A stretch of 64,000 bases of DNA from Octopus sinensis (GCF_006345805.1 NC_043003.1:37448001-37512000); one strand, 5' to 3'; counted from the stretch's first letter, positions 37,531-49,465 are shown. Notes: generated from the sequence alone by a model not told the origin. Numbers and translations: made by a program.

Positions 37531-40480
37531 CAATAATAGTTCCCTTTTAGGTTATTTTAGTTTAGTTTAAATTAGTTTAGATGATATATTTTTGGTTATG
37601 TTGTCTAGGATTTAATTATAGTTAGTCTTTATTGATATTTCTTTGTTTTAATTAGTTCATTTTTAATGTATATTAATTTAGCAGTTTATGGTACGTTAAA
37701 ACTTTAATAATTTATATTAGATTTTTTTATTTTTTTATTTTTATTTTTATTTTTATTTATTTTATTTTATTATGTATTTTTATTTTGCATTTGTTATATG
37801 TATTTTGAGGATATATTTATATGTTTTGGGTGTTATTTAGTGGTGTTTTTATTGAGTTTTGTATGTATGTGTGAATGTTTAAGATCCCTTTTTTTTTTTT
37901 TTTATTTGTATGTTGAATTGACAGATTTTATTTGGGTATTGTCTTTTATAATAAAGTACACACCCATAACAATTATAAGTGCCCACTTCATTCGTTGTAC
38001 TTGGGTTTGCATGTGAGCCTCAGCATATGCACCTAACGGCCACTCCAGCCCCACATGGATAAATAAACACATACACCCTAAAAATAAAAAAAAATAAAAA
38101 AAAATAAAAAAAAAAAAAATGGGAGTAATCCCATTCACACCAATTATATGTATACAATTATACACACTTGAATAATACATACTAGCCCTAATATACAGAA
38201 CATACTAATAATCACCAACTAACCACCATCACAAATGAAACCCACACCATACAATGACAAAACTCCCCCATACCCTATTTACACCTACATAGTAATCCCA
38301 TATATTCTTCCATACATGGACGCAAGTGCGTGAAGCACATGAACATAATTAGTACGTACAACCCCTAATACACACTAATATATACGTATCAAGCTCGACC
38401 TCCACAGTGATAAGTTTACACACAATCACACCCAGATGGGTGAATTGCACAACCAGTGAATGCTCACACATACGGGCGCGATTACATTGTTGCATATATC
38501 GAGCCAAAATAGTATGCATATGTACATGTGAGGGGTACACGTAAATGAAGTGAGCGTGTACCCCCTGTATTTATACCCGTGCGTGAATATACACATGGAG
38601 ACTACCACACAGGTACAATGTGTTTAGAAATGGGAGCCCCATCACTACACTTAATGTATACTCTCACCCATCCGCACGGATGTGTAAGTGTATCTCCGGT
38701 GTATATGTTGAGGCTTATATGTAGAGTTGTTGAAGGGAACGTCGTTGAAATTGTGAATGAATGGGTAGAGTTGGGAATTGTAACCGGGTGGTGGACTAGT
38801 GTTGCTTGGAATTGTGAATGGATTAGGGTGGTAATGAGGTAGGCATTGAGTATGGGTTACTGTAAGTTGTTTGTTAGAGTTGCTAGGGTGAGCTAAAGCT
38901 CATAAATGTATATAATTGATTTTTCATGATAGTTTTTAAAGAATCCATTCATAATAAATAAATTTTTTTAAGTAGCGTTGGTTTGCTACGTGGAAATAGT
39001 TTTTAGTTCCATTTATTATATTTCTCCATTCATACTATGAATGACGTTTACTTTCTATGGCGCGTATTCTTTTTTTACATTAGTTATTTCCATGGTAACG
39101 TAATTTTGTTTGGTTTTTTAACGGCTAAAATCTAATTTCACTTCATAATTTGTAACTGAATTGTAAGTATGTATTTGATTTATCCTTATGTCATAATGTT
39201 ATTTTTGATATTCTGGTTAATTACGATGTATTTATTGTTGTTTTCATAAGAGTGTTTATGTATATGAGATTGGTTGTGAGTTTTTAATTGTATAATTAAT
39301 TTATTTATCTGTATGAGTGTGGGTGTAAATATTGTTGTATATATCGAGTTTTAGTGAGTATGTATATGCGTATATGTGAGGGAGCATATGTATCTGTTGT
39401 GTGTGTGTGTTTTGCGTGTGTGTGTGTTGTGTGTGAATGTGTATTTGGGTTTGTTATTTAGGATTTGGGATGTATGTGTAATTTGTCTGTGGGGAGGGAG
39501 GAGTGGTTTTTGGTGTATATTGAGGTTTATAAGTTAGTATAGGTTTGTGTATAAGTCTTGGGTCTGTGGTTTACGTGTGGGTTTTTTGTGTGTGAATGTT
39601 TAGGTTAGGGGGATTGCTATATAAGTTTGTTATAGGGTTTAGCAAAGGGAGATTTTATCGTTATATGCTTTTATGAGTTTTGGTTTATCATGGTTTTTTT
39701 TTTTTAGGTAATTCGTGGTATTTTGTCTATTTTAGGTGTTGGTTATTTTTTTACATTGTTTCATTCATAATTTTTGAGTGGTGTTCGTTTTGCCACGTGA
39801 ATAACCGGGTGGTGGACTAGCGTTGCTTGGAATGTGAATGGAATAGTGTAGTAGTGAGGTAGGCATAGAGAATGGGATTGGGTTACTGCAAGTTGTTTGT
39901 TAGAGATGCTAAGGTGAGTTAAAGCTCATAAATGTATATAATGTTTTTTGTGGGTGTGTAAGTATTGTTGTATATGTCGAGTTTAGTGAGTATGTATAGG
40001 CGTATATGTGAGGGAGTATATGTATCTTTTGTGTGTGAGTGTTTTGCGTGTGAGTGTGTGTTTTGTGTGTGAATGTGTATATGGGTTTGTTATTTAGGTT
40101 TTGGGATGTATGTGTTAATTTGTTCTGTGTGGGGAGGGAGTGGGTTTTGGTGTATATTGAGGTTTATAAGTTAGTATAGGTATGTGTATAAGTCGTGAGT
40201 CTGTGGTTTACGTGTGTGTATTGTGTGTGAATGTTTAGGTTAGGGGGTTTACTTTATAGGTTTGTTATAGAGTTTAGCAAAGGGAGATTTTATCGTTATA
40301 TGTTTTTAAGAGTTTTTTTTATCATGGTTTTTTTAGGGAATTGTGGTAATTAGTCTATATTTTGATATGGATTATATATAGGTTATATATGGATATATAC
40401 TTATATTTTTTCATTTATACTTTAATTATTTAAAAGTATTATTTTTATATTTTAAAATTTTGATTTTTTAGATTGGAAGT

Positions 40481-40523
40481 CCACCTGAAGATTGTCGATC
40501 AAGACAAGAAACGATTGTAGTGG
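40481..40523 (+). ncRNA. Minimal type I hammerhead ribozyme, 3' pLTR
   Basis: Identical to 34747-34789; predicted cleavage after 40519. Confidence 0.7.
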
Positions 40524-40698
40524 CGGTTTTTTTGACTATTTATTAAATTTTATGTATTGATTAAGTCTTTCCTTGTTTGTTTTGCAAAATAGTGGTTTTG
40601 TCTCAAATAATATTTTATAATATTTTACTATAAAATTGGATTTAATCCTAAATCTGATTTTTTTCCCTGTAAATTTGGATATATTCCCTAATATTTAT

Positions 40699-40731
<33 letters not shown>

Positions 40732-40746
40732 GTATAAAAAATTATG

Positions 40747-40833
<87 letters not shown>

Positions 40834-41349
40834 GTGGCATACATACACTTATGCTCACTTTATAGTAAGTATGTATCTAATTTTGCTCGATTCTTTAACT
40901 GTCTTTTAGTCCCCTTCATACTTTCTTCCTCTTTTCTTTTTCTCGCTCCCTCTCTCTCACATTTCTTGGCCTTCTCTTTCTTTAGCTCCCACTTTTCCTC
41001 CTCGTTTATCTCCCCTATACCTTTCCCTTTGCCTCTTTGATTTTTTTCTAATCCTTCAATCCCGCTGCCCCTACCACTCTCTCCTCCTTCCACGTGATCG
41101 GTGTTCGGCCAGCCGTGATCTTTCTTGCTTGGCCTGAGTGCCGACTGCCAACACCTCTTATGTCCATCTCCTATGTTCCTGCCTTAAGGCTTTCACTTTA
41201 TACGCGCCAGCTCAATTTGATTCGCCCTCAATCGAAAGACATCTGTTGTTATATTCTTGTTGTTTGTATTTGTAATTGTGTACTATGTTCTCCCTTTTTT
41301 GTCTTTGTTATCGTACACATTCGCTAGCTTTCTTACAAAAAATCAAATG

Positions 41350-41625
41350 CTCTTAGCTTTGACTTTTTTTGTGGATGGGGGACCAGATCGAAAAGTCTCA
41401 AGTACTTTGCATCCTTTTAGCTTACGAATGATGTAACCCACATTCCTCCTCATCGAAGGGCTTATAGTCCGTCGCAGTGTTACCCATTTATAGCTGAATG
41501 GATTGGAGCAACGTGAAATGAAGTGTTTTGCTCTATAACACAACGTGCTATTCGGTCCAGAAATCGAAACTACGACCTAGCGATTGTGAGCACAACACCT
41601 TAGTCACTAGGCCACGCGCCTACAT
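41350..41625 (-). mobile_element. tRNA-derived SINE, family C-like
   Basis: Reverse tRNA-like head (TGTAGGCGCGTGGCCTAGTG..GTTTCGATTTCTGGAC) and central AGCAAAACACTTCATTTCAC domain. Confidence 0.65.
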
Positions 41626-41647
41626 ATATGTGTATGGTGTACGTGTG

Positions 41648-41702
<55 letters not shown>

Positions 41703-41703
<1 letters not shown>

Positions 41704-41947
41704 ACAATTGCAGCATGGAAGGTGTTTATAAGTAATTTAAGAAACACACAAAAACCATTAGATTCACTTCAACATTTAAATTTAATTTTCCAAAATATTT
41801 TCGTCACTTTGAGACCGCGACCTGTTCACTGACAAAACTTCGTGCAGCATCTCTGGCAAATTAATTAAATTTAAATGTTGAAATGAATCTAACGGTTTTT
41901 CTGTGTTTCTTAAATGGCTTATAAACACCTTCCACGCTGCAATTGTT
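41703..41947. repeat. Foldback element, ~88-bp arms around a ~70-bp spacer
   Basis: 41703-41789 is the reverse complement of about 41860-41947; adjacent to (TA)n. Confidence 0.85.
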
Positions 41948-42184
41948 TTCGTTCCAGCACACGATCTCAGATCAGGTCACTTGCTATGCAAGTACATTTT
42001 TGTAATATATGTGTGTGTGTGTGTGTGGTGTGTGTGTGTGTGCGTACATACACATACACACATCTCTAAATAAATGTATGTACATCTACACACACATCTA
42101 TATAAATAGATGTACATTCACTCATACAAACACGCGCATGCACACACGCACACATACATACATACATACATACATGTTATATAC

Positions 42185-42625
42185 CGCTGGTCACAATGCA
42201 CTTCCAATTTGTCTCGATTGCTCCGTTCTTATCCATCTTGACCCAAAATGCTCGATTAAATCTTCTTCCCATTGCCGCAGATGCCTTCTAAATAGCCTGT
42301 TCCCATCTCTTGGATACCACTCGGCAACTGGGCGGGTCCACCTATTGTCTGTGAACGCTGCTGCCACATGTTCGGCCCAGTGGAATTTGTGCTTTCGCTA
42401 CTCTGCGATCACATTATTCACTCTGCTCCCTTCTCGAATTATATCATTTTGAATATGCTCTCATAATAATGATATTCTTAGCATGGACCTTTCCACGGTT
42501 CTTTGTGTCATAGCCAATCGATATTCTATCCTCTTCGTGGTAGCCCACGTCTCACTCACGTATAAGAGCGCAGGTAGGACGGTTGCTATTGAAAAGTCTG
42601 GCAGATTCTTCAATATATGAATATG
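42185..42625 (-). mobile_element. RTE-clade LINE RT C-terminal fragment
   Basis: VLPALLYVSETWATTK..QRTVERSMLRISL.EHIQN..KFHWAEHV...RWT..EWYPRD. Confidence 0.8.
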
Positions 42626-42860
42626 CGTACATTATATATAGATATACACGTACGTGTGTGTGAGAGAGAGAAAGAAAGGTGAGTCAGAGAGATAGATGAA
42701 CTTTAATGCATATATATCTATACACACACATATGTGTATAGATATATACATATATGTACATATATATATGAATGCATGTATGTTTGTATGTATGTATACG
42801 TGTGTTTGTACACACACGAGTTTGAACGTGTCACAAGTATATTTGAACTGGTAATAACAT

Positions 42861-42907
<47 letters not shown>

Positions 42908-42910
<3 letters not shown>

Positions 42911-43058
42911 CGCTGAATATCGTGAGAACTACGTTTAGGGTACACGTGTCTGTGGAGTGCTCAGCCACTTACACGTTAATTTCACGAGCAGGCTGTTCCG
43001 TTGATTCGGATCAACCGGAACCCTCGTCGTCGTAACCGACGGAGTGCTTCCTCCTCCT

Positions 43059-43062
<4 letters not shown>
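42908..43062 (+). repeat. Inverted copy of the 3' 155 bp of the adjacent family B SINE
   Basis: Reverse complement of 43142-43296 with about 2 mismatches. Confidence 0.9.
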
Positions 43063-43127
<65 letters not shown>

Positions 43128-43145
43128 GTTTGGAGGTGATGTACA

Positions 43146-43535
43146 AGGAGGAGGAAGCACTCCGTCGGTTACGTCGACGAGGGTTCCGGTTGATCCGAAT
43201 CAACGGAACAGCCTGCTCGTGAAATTAACGTGTAAGTGGCTGAGCACTCCACAGACACGTGTACCCTAAACGTAGTTCTCACGGTATTCAGCGTGACACA
43301 GAGAGTGACAAGGCCGGCCCTTTGAAATACAGGTACAACAGAAACAGGAAGTAAGAGTGAGAGAAAGTTGTGGTGAAAGAGTACAGCAGGGATCACCACC
43401 ATCCCCTGCCGGAGCCTCGTGGAGCTTTATGTGTTTTCGCTCAATAAACACTCACAACGCCCGGTCTGGGAATCGAAACCGCGCTCCTATGACCGCGAGT
43501 CCGCTGCCCTAACCACTGGGCCATTGCGCCTCCAC
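43146..43535 (-). mobile_element. Complete family B SINE with 12-bp TSD AGGTGATGTACA
   Basis: TSD at 43134-43145 and 43536-43547; tRNA-like head at the right end; two-hairpin 3' tail. Confidence 0.9.
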
Positions 43536-43679
43536 AGGTGATGTACAGGTATTATATATTAGAAGAAATAAGGTACTCAGAAATCTGGATGGTTTTATAT
43601 TTACAGATTTTTATTAATATGTCAAATTTTTTTATAAATCGTATATTAGCGCTTGCATCTACTCTAGTAGACTCTCATA

Positions 43680-43720
<41 letters not shown>

Positions 43721-43735
43721 CTATTCCTTCTACAG

Positions 43736-44024
43736 GGCAACATTTGTGAAAAATGTGACGACATTTTGGACAGGAATCAGCTCCAGAATTTTATCTGATT
43801 TGGGACCTGTCACTCTTCCCGCTGAATGTCTGAAGAATACGGTTCAAAAGTCCAACAGCCATCACCGAATCAAAGACCAAACTTCTTTATCCAGTGAAAT
43901 TCGCCCGATATTTCGAAACGTAACAGCTTGTCTGAAGGGAGGTCAACACGGATTTATATCATTCCGCACCGGTTACCTCTTTGTAACTGGAATCTGCATT
44001 CTGTATCAAATCGCAGTAATATGA
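43736..44024 (+). CDS. Reeler protein coding exon 4 (K-ATFVKNVTTFWTGISS...GYLFVTGICILYQIAVI*)
   Basis: Acceptor CCTTCTACAG, phase 2 joins AA|G = Lys, Reeler C-terminal ATxV...FW motif, stop TGA. Total CDS 726 nt = 241 aa. Confidence 0.9.
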
Positions 44025-44107
44025 GTGATTTTAAAAGAAATCGAACCTATGCTGATATTAATGAATTTTTCTTGAAACTAACGTGGAATTATTGATTTCC
44101 TTGTTTT

Positions 44108-44113
44108 AATAAA
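44108..44113 (+). promoter_or_regulatory. Probable polyadenylation signal of the Reeler gene
   Basis: AATAAA 84 nt after the stop codon. Confidence 0.55.
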
Positions 44114-44854
44114 TAACATTCAATTTCTGCCTTACATTTTTTTGTCTTTACTTTTCATAAGTAGACCAAATTCTTTTAGAAAACACGTGAACAATGCAAC
44201 TTCAAATTTCAACCAAATATAATATTGTGAATAATTTAGTTTTCCAAAAAGAGGTTTTTGCATACTCCATAACTATAACAGTTGTCAGCAGTTACATTGT
44301 TCCTGACATATTTGATATTGCCTTATTCTTTTCTTTGGCTAATGCATTGCTGTTGTCTACCCCTCTTATATCTGGAGAAAATATATGCTCGAAGTACTTC
44401 TTAAAAGGCAAGAGCTAATTCAAATTTGAAGATAATGAAAAGGGGCCCATTAAAACTAGGGGCCCCAAAATTTAAAGAGCCTTGGTTAAAAATAGTGGGG
44501 TTTTTTTTTAATGTAAGAGAGCCCAATAAATCAAAATTGTGTAATCAGATAACTTCGTTCGTTTTGGGTGGGGTGGGGTTTCAGAAGGGGGAGTTCTACT
44601 TGGCACTCTGTCATATTTGAAAAGAGGTAAAAATTTATTCAAATTTCAAAAACGATAGACAAAAGTTGTGGTGAAAGAATAGCGCAACAAAAACGAAACA
44701 AAACTCCATCATAAAAATATTTTTCGTTTTTATTCAAACAGCACTGGAAATGATTAAAATAAATGGTGGCGGGGGACAAACGAGTTTATCTTACAACCCA
44801 ATATCATTAATTGTAGTCATTCTTTGACATCCGCTTCCCATGCTGGTATGGGTT

Positions 44855-45088
44855 GAACTGGCAGCTGGCAAAAACGTTAGCACGCCGAGCGAAATGCTTA
44901 GTGGTATTTCGTCCGCCGCCGCGTTCTGAGTTCAAATTCCGCCGAGGTCGACTTTGCCTTTCATCCTTTCGGGGTCGATTAAATAAGTACCAGTTACGCA
45001 CTGGGGTCGATATAATCGACTTAATCCGTTTGTCTGTCCTTGTTTGTCCCCTCTGTGCTTAGCCCCTTGTGGGTAGTAAAGAAATAGG
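44855..45088 (+). mobile_element. SINE family A, long-tail variant
   Basis: Head, B-box, body and the tail GCCCCTTGTGGGTAGTAAAGAAATA. Confidence 0.85.
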
Positions 45089-45472
45089 TATGGGTTGAAC
45101 GGATCGTCACGGTCCAATCATTTCATATAGGGAGTTACTGGTCTCAAAGACTAGAGCTCATACGTGTGTGTGTGTATGTGCGAGAGAGAGAGAGAAAGAG
45201 AGAACGTGTGTGTCGAGGGCCCATGGGTGTTACACTTACGATCCCTTCGATTCCTGGTCCGAGTGGTGCGTTCTGCTCGTTAGCAAAACACTTCATCCCA
45301 CGTTGCTCTATGACCACTTCGACACCTTTTCAGGCAACGTCAATTTGATGAAGGGAGCGAGTTAATAATGTACAGCATAAACATTTGAACATCATAAATA
45401 ATTCATTTGTACAGCTTCTTCAGCAAGAAATTGCAGAACCGTCCTTCTCGAACTACAAGAGATTACAATCAG

Positions 45473-45506
<34 letters not shown>

Positions 45507-47577
45507 TTATATTTGCACTTCTCATAAAACGCTAAGTTACAAGCGGTAACACGGCATTGTTGTCATTTCCCCAGTCAACAAATCGCCCGCATTCAAAGAC
45601 TTGTGAAATAAGAAACCCCTTGAAAACAGGTATGGATTAGTGGCAGCAATTGCACCCGACTGTCACACAACACCCTCTCCAAGTCGATCACATTCTCGCA
45701 TTAAAAAAAAAAAACGAACGTAAAACCACTGAAGTCGAAGACTAAAATCATCAAGTTGTCTCCCTTACTTTTCAGAATGATTAACGTACTATTGGCTATT
45801 AAGTTAAATGCTATCTTTTTTCCTCGCCACACAAATTTTTTTAATTAGACCGTTAATAATTTTTGCATTAAATATATTAACATTGACTTTAATACTACTC
45901 GCATGCTAAGCAAGTAGTTATATATTAAAATTGTTAACATACTTAACCCTTTGAATGCGGAAAGCAGGTATATCTATTCAAGATTTTACCTTTAACAGCA
46001 GAAAGTGGTTTTACTCCATAGCTTTCAGAAAAACGTCTTATATAGCGAGAAGTCAGCACATCCTCATTTGCACTATTTACAGAAACTATTTTCTCGTTTT
46101 CAGATTTTAATTTTTTTCACATATTTCATCATATATCATCCCTTTACAGAGCAAGGCTCCAATAATGGACATGAAAACCCTATCTACAGGAGATAACTGA
46201 AAAAGTATTGCAGAAGTATAAAATATCAGGTTTCTTTTTTTTTTTTTATGGATAATTAACATCATTATGAGAATGGCCATAAAATTTAATTCTGCAAAAA
46301 GTTAATGTTTGTAAGCCAAGATATTTTGAATTATTTAGATTAAGTCCTACAAATGAGAACAAGTATTATCTAAATGAGTAATTCTGATCAGAAAAGACAG
46401 AGGGGATAAACTTGAAATTTTAATTGATAAAAGTTTATTAAAATAGGGAAATATGGAACACAATGGAGAGTGATTGACCTTTAACTTTGACTTTAGGAAC
46501 AACTCCAAGCATTTCCGTTTTGTTATATATCTTGTCCAAAAGTAGCTACAACACAATATCCAGGAATAAACTTTGAACTTCATGCTTAATATATTTCCTC
46601 TTTGTCTACTATGAACTTAAGATGTTCCTATCCCAAAAAGTGACCACCAGTAAGCATAATCGTACATAGCTGCAGGCACATTTATTTAATTTTACCCCAA
46701 TTTCCAGTGAGAGCATGGTATTGTGAAGTGATGCCTTCTCGGTCTTTTGCCACAAGTAGATTTCCATAGCGTCCTGAGTAAAACGTTAAGCTACCTCTAT
46801 TGGCAGGGCTCCAGCTCAAGAGTTCAGGAGTTTGGGAAATTGGTGACTAAGGGGAAGTTACCCCTTGTTCATCACTTCTCCCACATCAACTCTGAGCTGA
46901 AGTTGTGATACTTGTCATAGGCCCAAGTTCTGGACCAAACAGCAAGTGGTCCAGATGTGTCACAGAGTGGGTATCAATGTATGATTGAAACACAGACATA
47001 AGCACAGGTGTGGTTGTGTGGTAGAAGTTTGCTTCCCAACGACATGGTTCTGGGTTCAGTCCCACAGAGTGGCACCTCGGGCAAGTGTCTTCTACTATAG
47101 TCTCAGACTGACCAAAGCCTTGCAAGTGGATTTGAGAGATGAAAACTGAAAGAAGCCCGTCTTGAGTGTGTGTGTGTGTGTGCGCGTGTGCATCTGACCA
47201 CCGCTTGACAACTGGTGTTGGTGTTTTTATATCTCTGTAACTTAGAGGCTCAGCAAAAAAAGATATCACTAGAATAATTACCAAGCTTAAAAATAAAATA
47301 AATACTGGGGTCAATTAGTTCAACTAAAATCCCTCGGGGCTGTGCCCCAGCATGGCCATAGTCTAATGACAAACAAGTAAAAGATAAAGGATAAGAAAAA
47401 AAAGCCTTCAAAATCAGTGGAACAATACCTACATAAGATTAATATGGACAAATCATGGGTATGGAAGTTTGGCTGTATGGTAACTTTGCCAAGCTAAGAT
47501 ACTAATTATCTTAGTGGAAAATGCTTCAAACCTATATAACTGCATAGCTAACTTTCTCATCTATTTGTCTATCTTTT

Positions 47578-48240
47578 AAGGGCAGTGATCTGGCAGAACT
47601 GTTAGCAGGCTGGATGAAATGCTTAGTGGTATTTCGCCCATCACTATGTTCTGAGTTCAAATTCCGCCAAGGTCTTTCATCCTTTCGGGGTCGATAAATT
47701 AAGTACCAGTTACGCACTGGGGTCGATATAATCAACTTAATCTGTCTGTCTGTCTGTCCTTGTTTGTCTCCTCTGTGTTTAGCCCCTTGTGGGTAGTAAA
47801 GAAATAGGTATTTCCTCAGCCATTACGTTCTGAGTTCAAATTCCGCCGAGGTCAACTTTGCCTTAAGTAAGGTGACGACCTGGCAGAATCATTAGCATCC
47901 TGGGTGAAATGCTTAGCGGTATTTCGTCTGCTGTTACGTTCTGAGTTCAAATTCCACCGAGATCGACTTTGCCTTTCATCCTTTCGGGGTCGATAAATTA
48001 AGTACCAGTTACGCACTGGGGTCGATATAATCGACTTAATCCGTCTGTCCTCTCTGTGTTTAGCCCCTTGTGGGTAGTAAAGAAATAGGTATTTCGCCCA
48101 TCGCTATGTTCTGAGTTCAAATTCCGCCATGGTCGACTTTCATCCTTTCAGAGGTCAATAAAATAAGTACCAGTTGAACACTGGGGTCGATTATGACATC
48201 CCCACCAACTCCCAAGCTGTCCTTGAGGCAAAAATTTGAA
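47578..48240 (+). mobile_element. Concatemer of four SINE family A units
   Basis: Units start at about 47578, 47807, 47870 and 48088. Confidence 0.85.
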
Positions 48241-48434
48241 ATGTGGAAAAATCATGGAAGACATAAAGGCAAATATGTTATCAGCATAGAAAGACATTGT
48301 TTTGAAAATATAAAAAGAAAAAAGTAAACAAACAGAGCAATTAACAAAATCAATGTTTATAGTTTATTAGAAATGTCATCTAAAAAAATATATTTACAAA
48401 TATTTTATTGGAATTTTAAGAATTATTGCTTAGA

Positions 48435-48622
48435 TCACTCAATTATAACATATGTTGGCGAGGTTGTGACACCACAGTTGTTATTTTTACGTGACATCAA
48501 AACATAACCATTGTTGCCCCAATAAGTTGACCATGAGTTCTTTACAAGCCAGTAAGGTTCTCCATTTAATTCACCATATCCTACAGCAAGAACAGCATGG
48601 TCGAGTGAATCTGGTCCACTTC
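48435..48622 (-). CDS. C1A cysteine protease (26/29-kDa proteinase / CfaD-like, cathepsin L-like), last exon
   Basis: [39 protein letters not shown]; catalytic His and Asn; acceptor TTTATTTCAG; stop at 48435; AATAAA about 30 nt downstream. Confidence 0.95.
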
Positions 48623-48646
48623 CTGAAATAAATAAAAATGAAATAT

Positions 48647-49465
48647 TGGTTTGGTCATGTGATGCGAATGGATGCCAACAGTTGCATAAAGAAGTGCTGA
48701 TCTCTCGAAGTAGATGGAACATATGGTAGAGGGAAACCCAGGAAGACATGGGATGAAGTATGGAAGGTAGATTGAAAACATGGAATAGGGAACCCCAAGA
48801 ATACATGGGATGAAGTACGGAAGGTAGATTGAAAACATGGAATAGGGAACCCCAAGAATACATGGGATGAAGCACGGAAGGTAGATTGAAAACATGGAAT
48901 AGGGAACCCCAAGAATACATGGGATGAAGCACGGAAGGTAGATTGAAAACATGGAATAGGGAACCCCAAGAATACATGGGATGAAGCACAGAAGGTAGAT
49001 TGAAAACATGGAATAGGGAACCCCAAGAATACATGGGATGAAGAACGGAGGGTAGATTGGAAACATGGAATAGGGAACCCAAGAATACATGGGATGAAGT
49101 ACTGAAAGTAGATGGAGAAAGCAGAAGAGGGAGACCCAGGAAGACATGGGACAAAGTACTGATGGACAACCTTAGGACACTGAACCTTTCACACGAGATG
49201 ACAAAGCACCAAGATGCTTGGCACCCTACTGTACTCAAGAAGTTCTGTACTCCACAGCAGAAGTGTTGAGGCTACACTCCCTGGCCACATAAAAATACCC
49301 AGCACACTCTGTAAAATGGTTGGCGTTCAGAAGGATATCCAGCAATAGAAACCATGCCAAATCAGACTGAGCATGGTGCAGCTCTCCTGCTTGCCAGCTC
49401 TGGTCAAACCATCCAACCCATGCCAGCATTGTTAATGGAAACTAACTGATGATGATGATGATAAA
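48647..49465 (+). mobile_element. RTE LINE 3' end containing a ~57-bp minisatellite (about 48766-49100, ~6 units) and a (GAT)n tail
   Basis: [37 protein letters not shown]; unit GGTAGATTGAAAACATGGAATAGGGAACCCCAAGAATACATGGGATGAAGCACGGAA. Confidence 0.85.

Larger units (their letters stand above)
33306..40699 (+). mobile_element. Full-length Penelope-like element (Naiad/Chlamys-type) with inverted 5' pLTR copy, inside Reeler intron 3
   Basis: Inverted pLTR 33306-34086, 5' pLTR 34099-~34970, ORF 35023-37530, 3' pLTR 39801-40699 nearly identical to the 5' copy; (TA)n at both ends. Confidence 0.9.

Noticed and set aside
38920-39290. Possible SECIS element in the PLE 3' region
   Set aside because: No convincing AUGA/GA quartet with an apical AA, and no in-frame UGA-for-Cys in the ORF.
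43830-43930. Hammerhead-like CTGAAGA...GAAACGTA motif
   Set aside because: Lies inside Reeler coding exon 4, lacks a proper stem II and is explained by codons.
48766-49100. Regular repeat array as a possible CRISPR
   Set aside because: Head-to-tail units with no unique spacers, RTE-derived, in a eukaryotic genome.
48623-49238. N-terminal 200 aa of the 267-aa ORF 48435-49238
   Set aside because: Intronic antisense RTE minisatellite; only 48435-48622 is exon.
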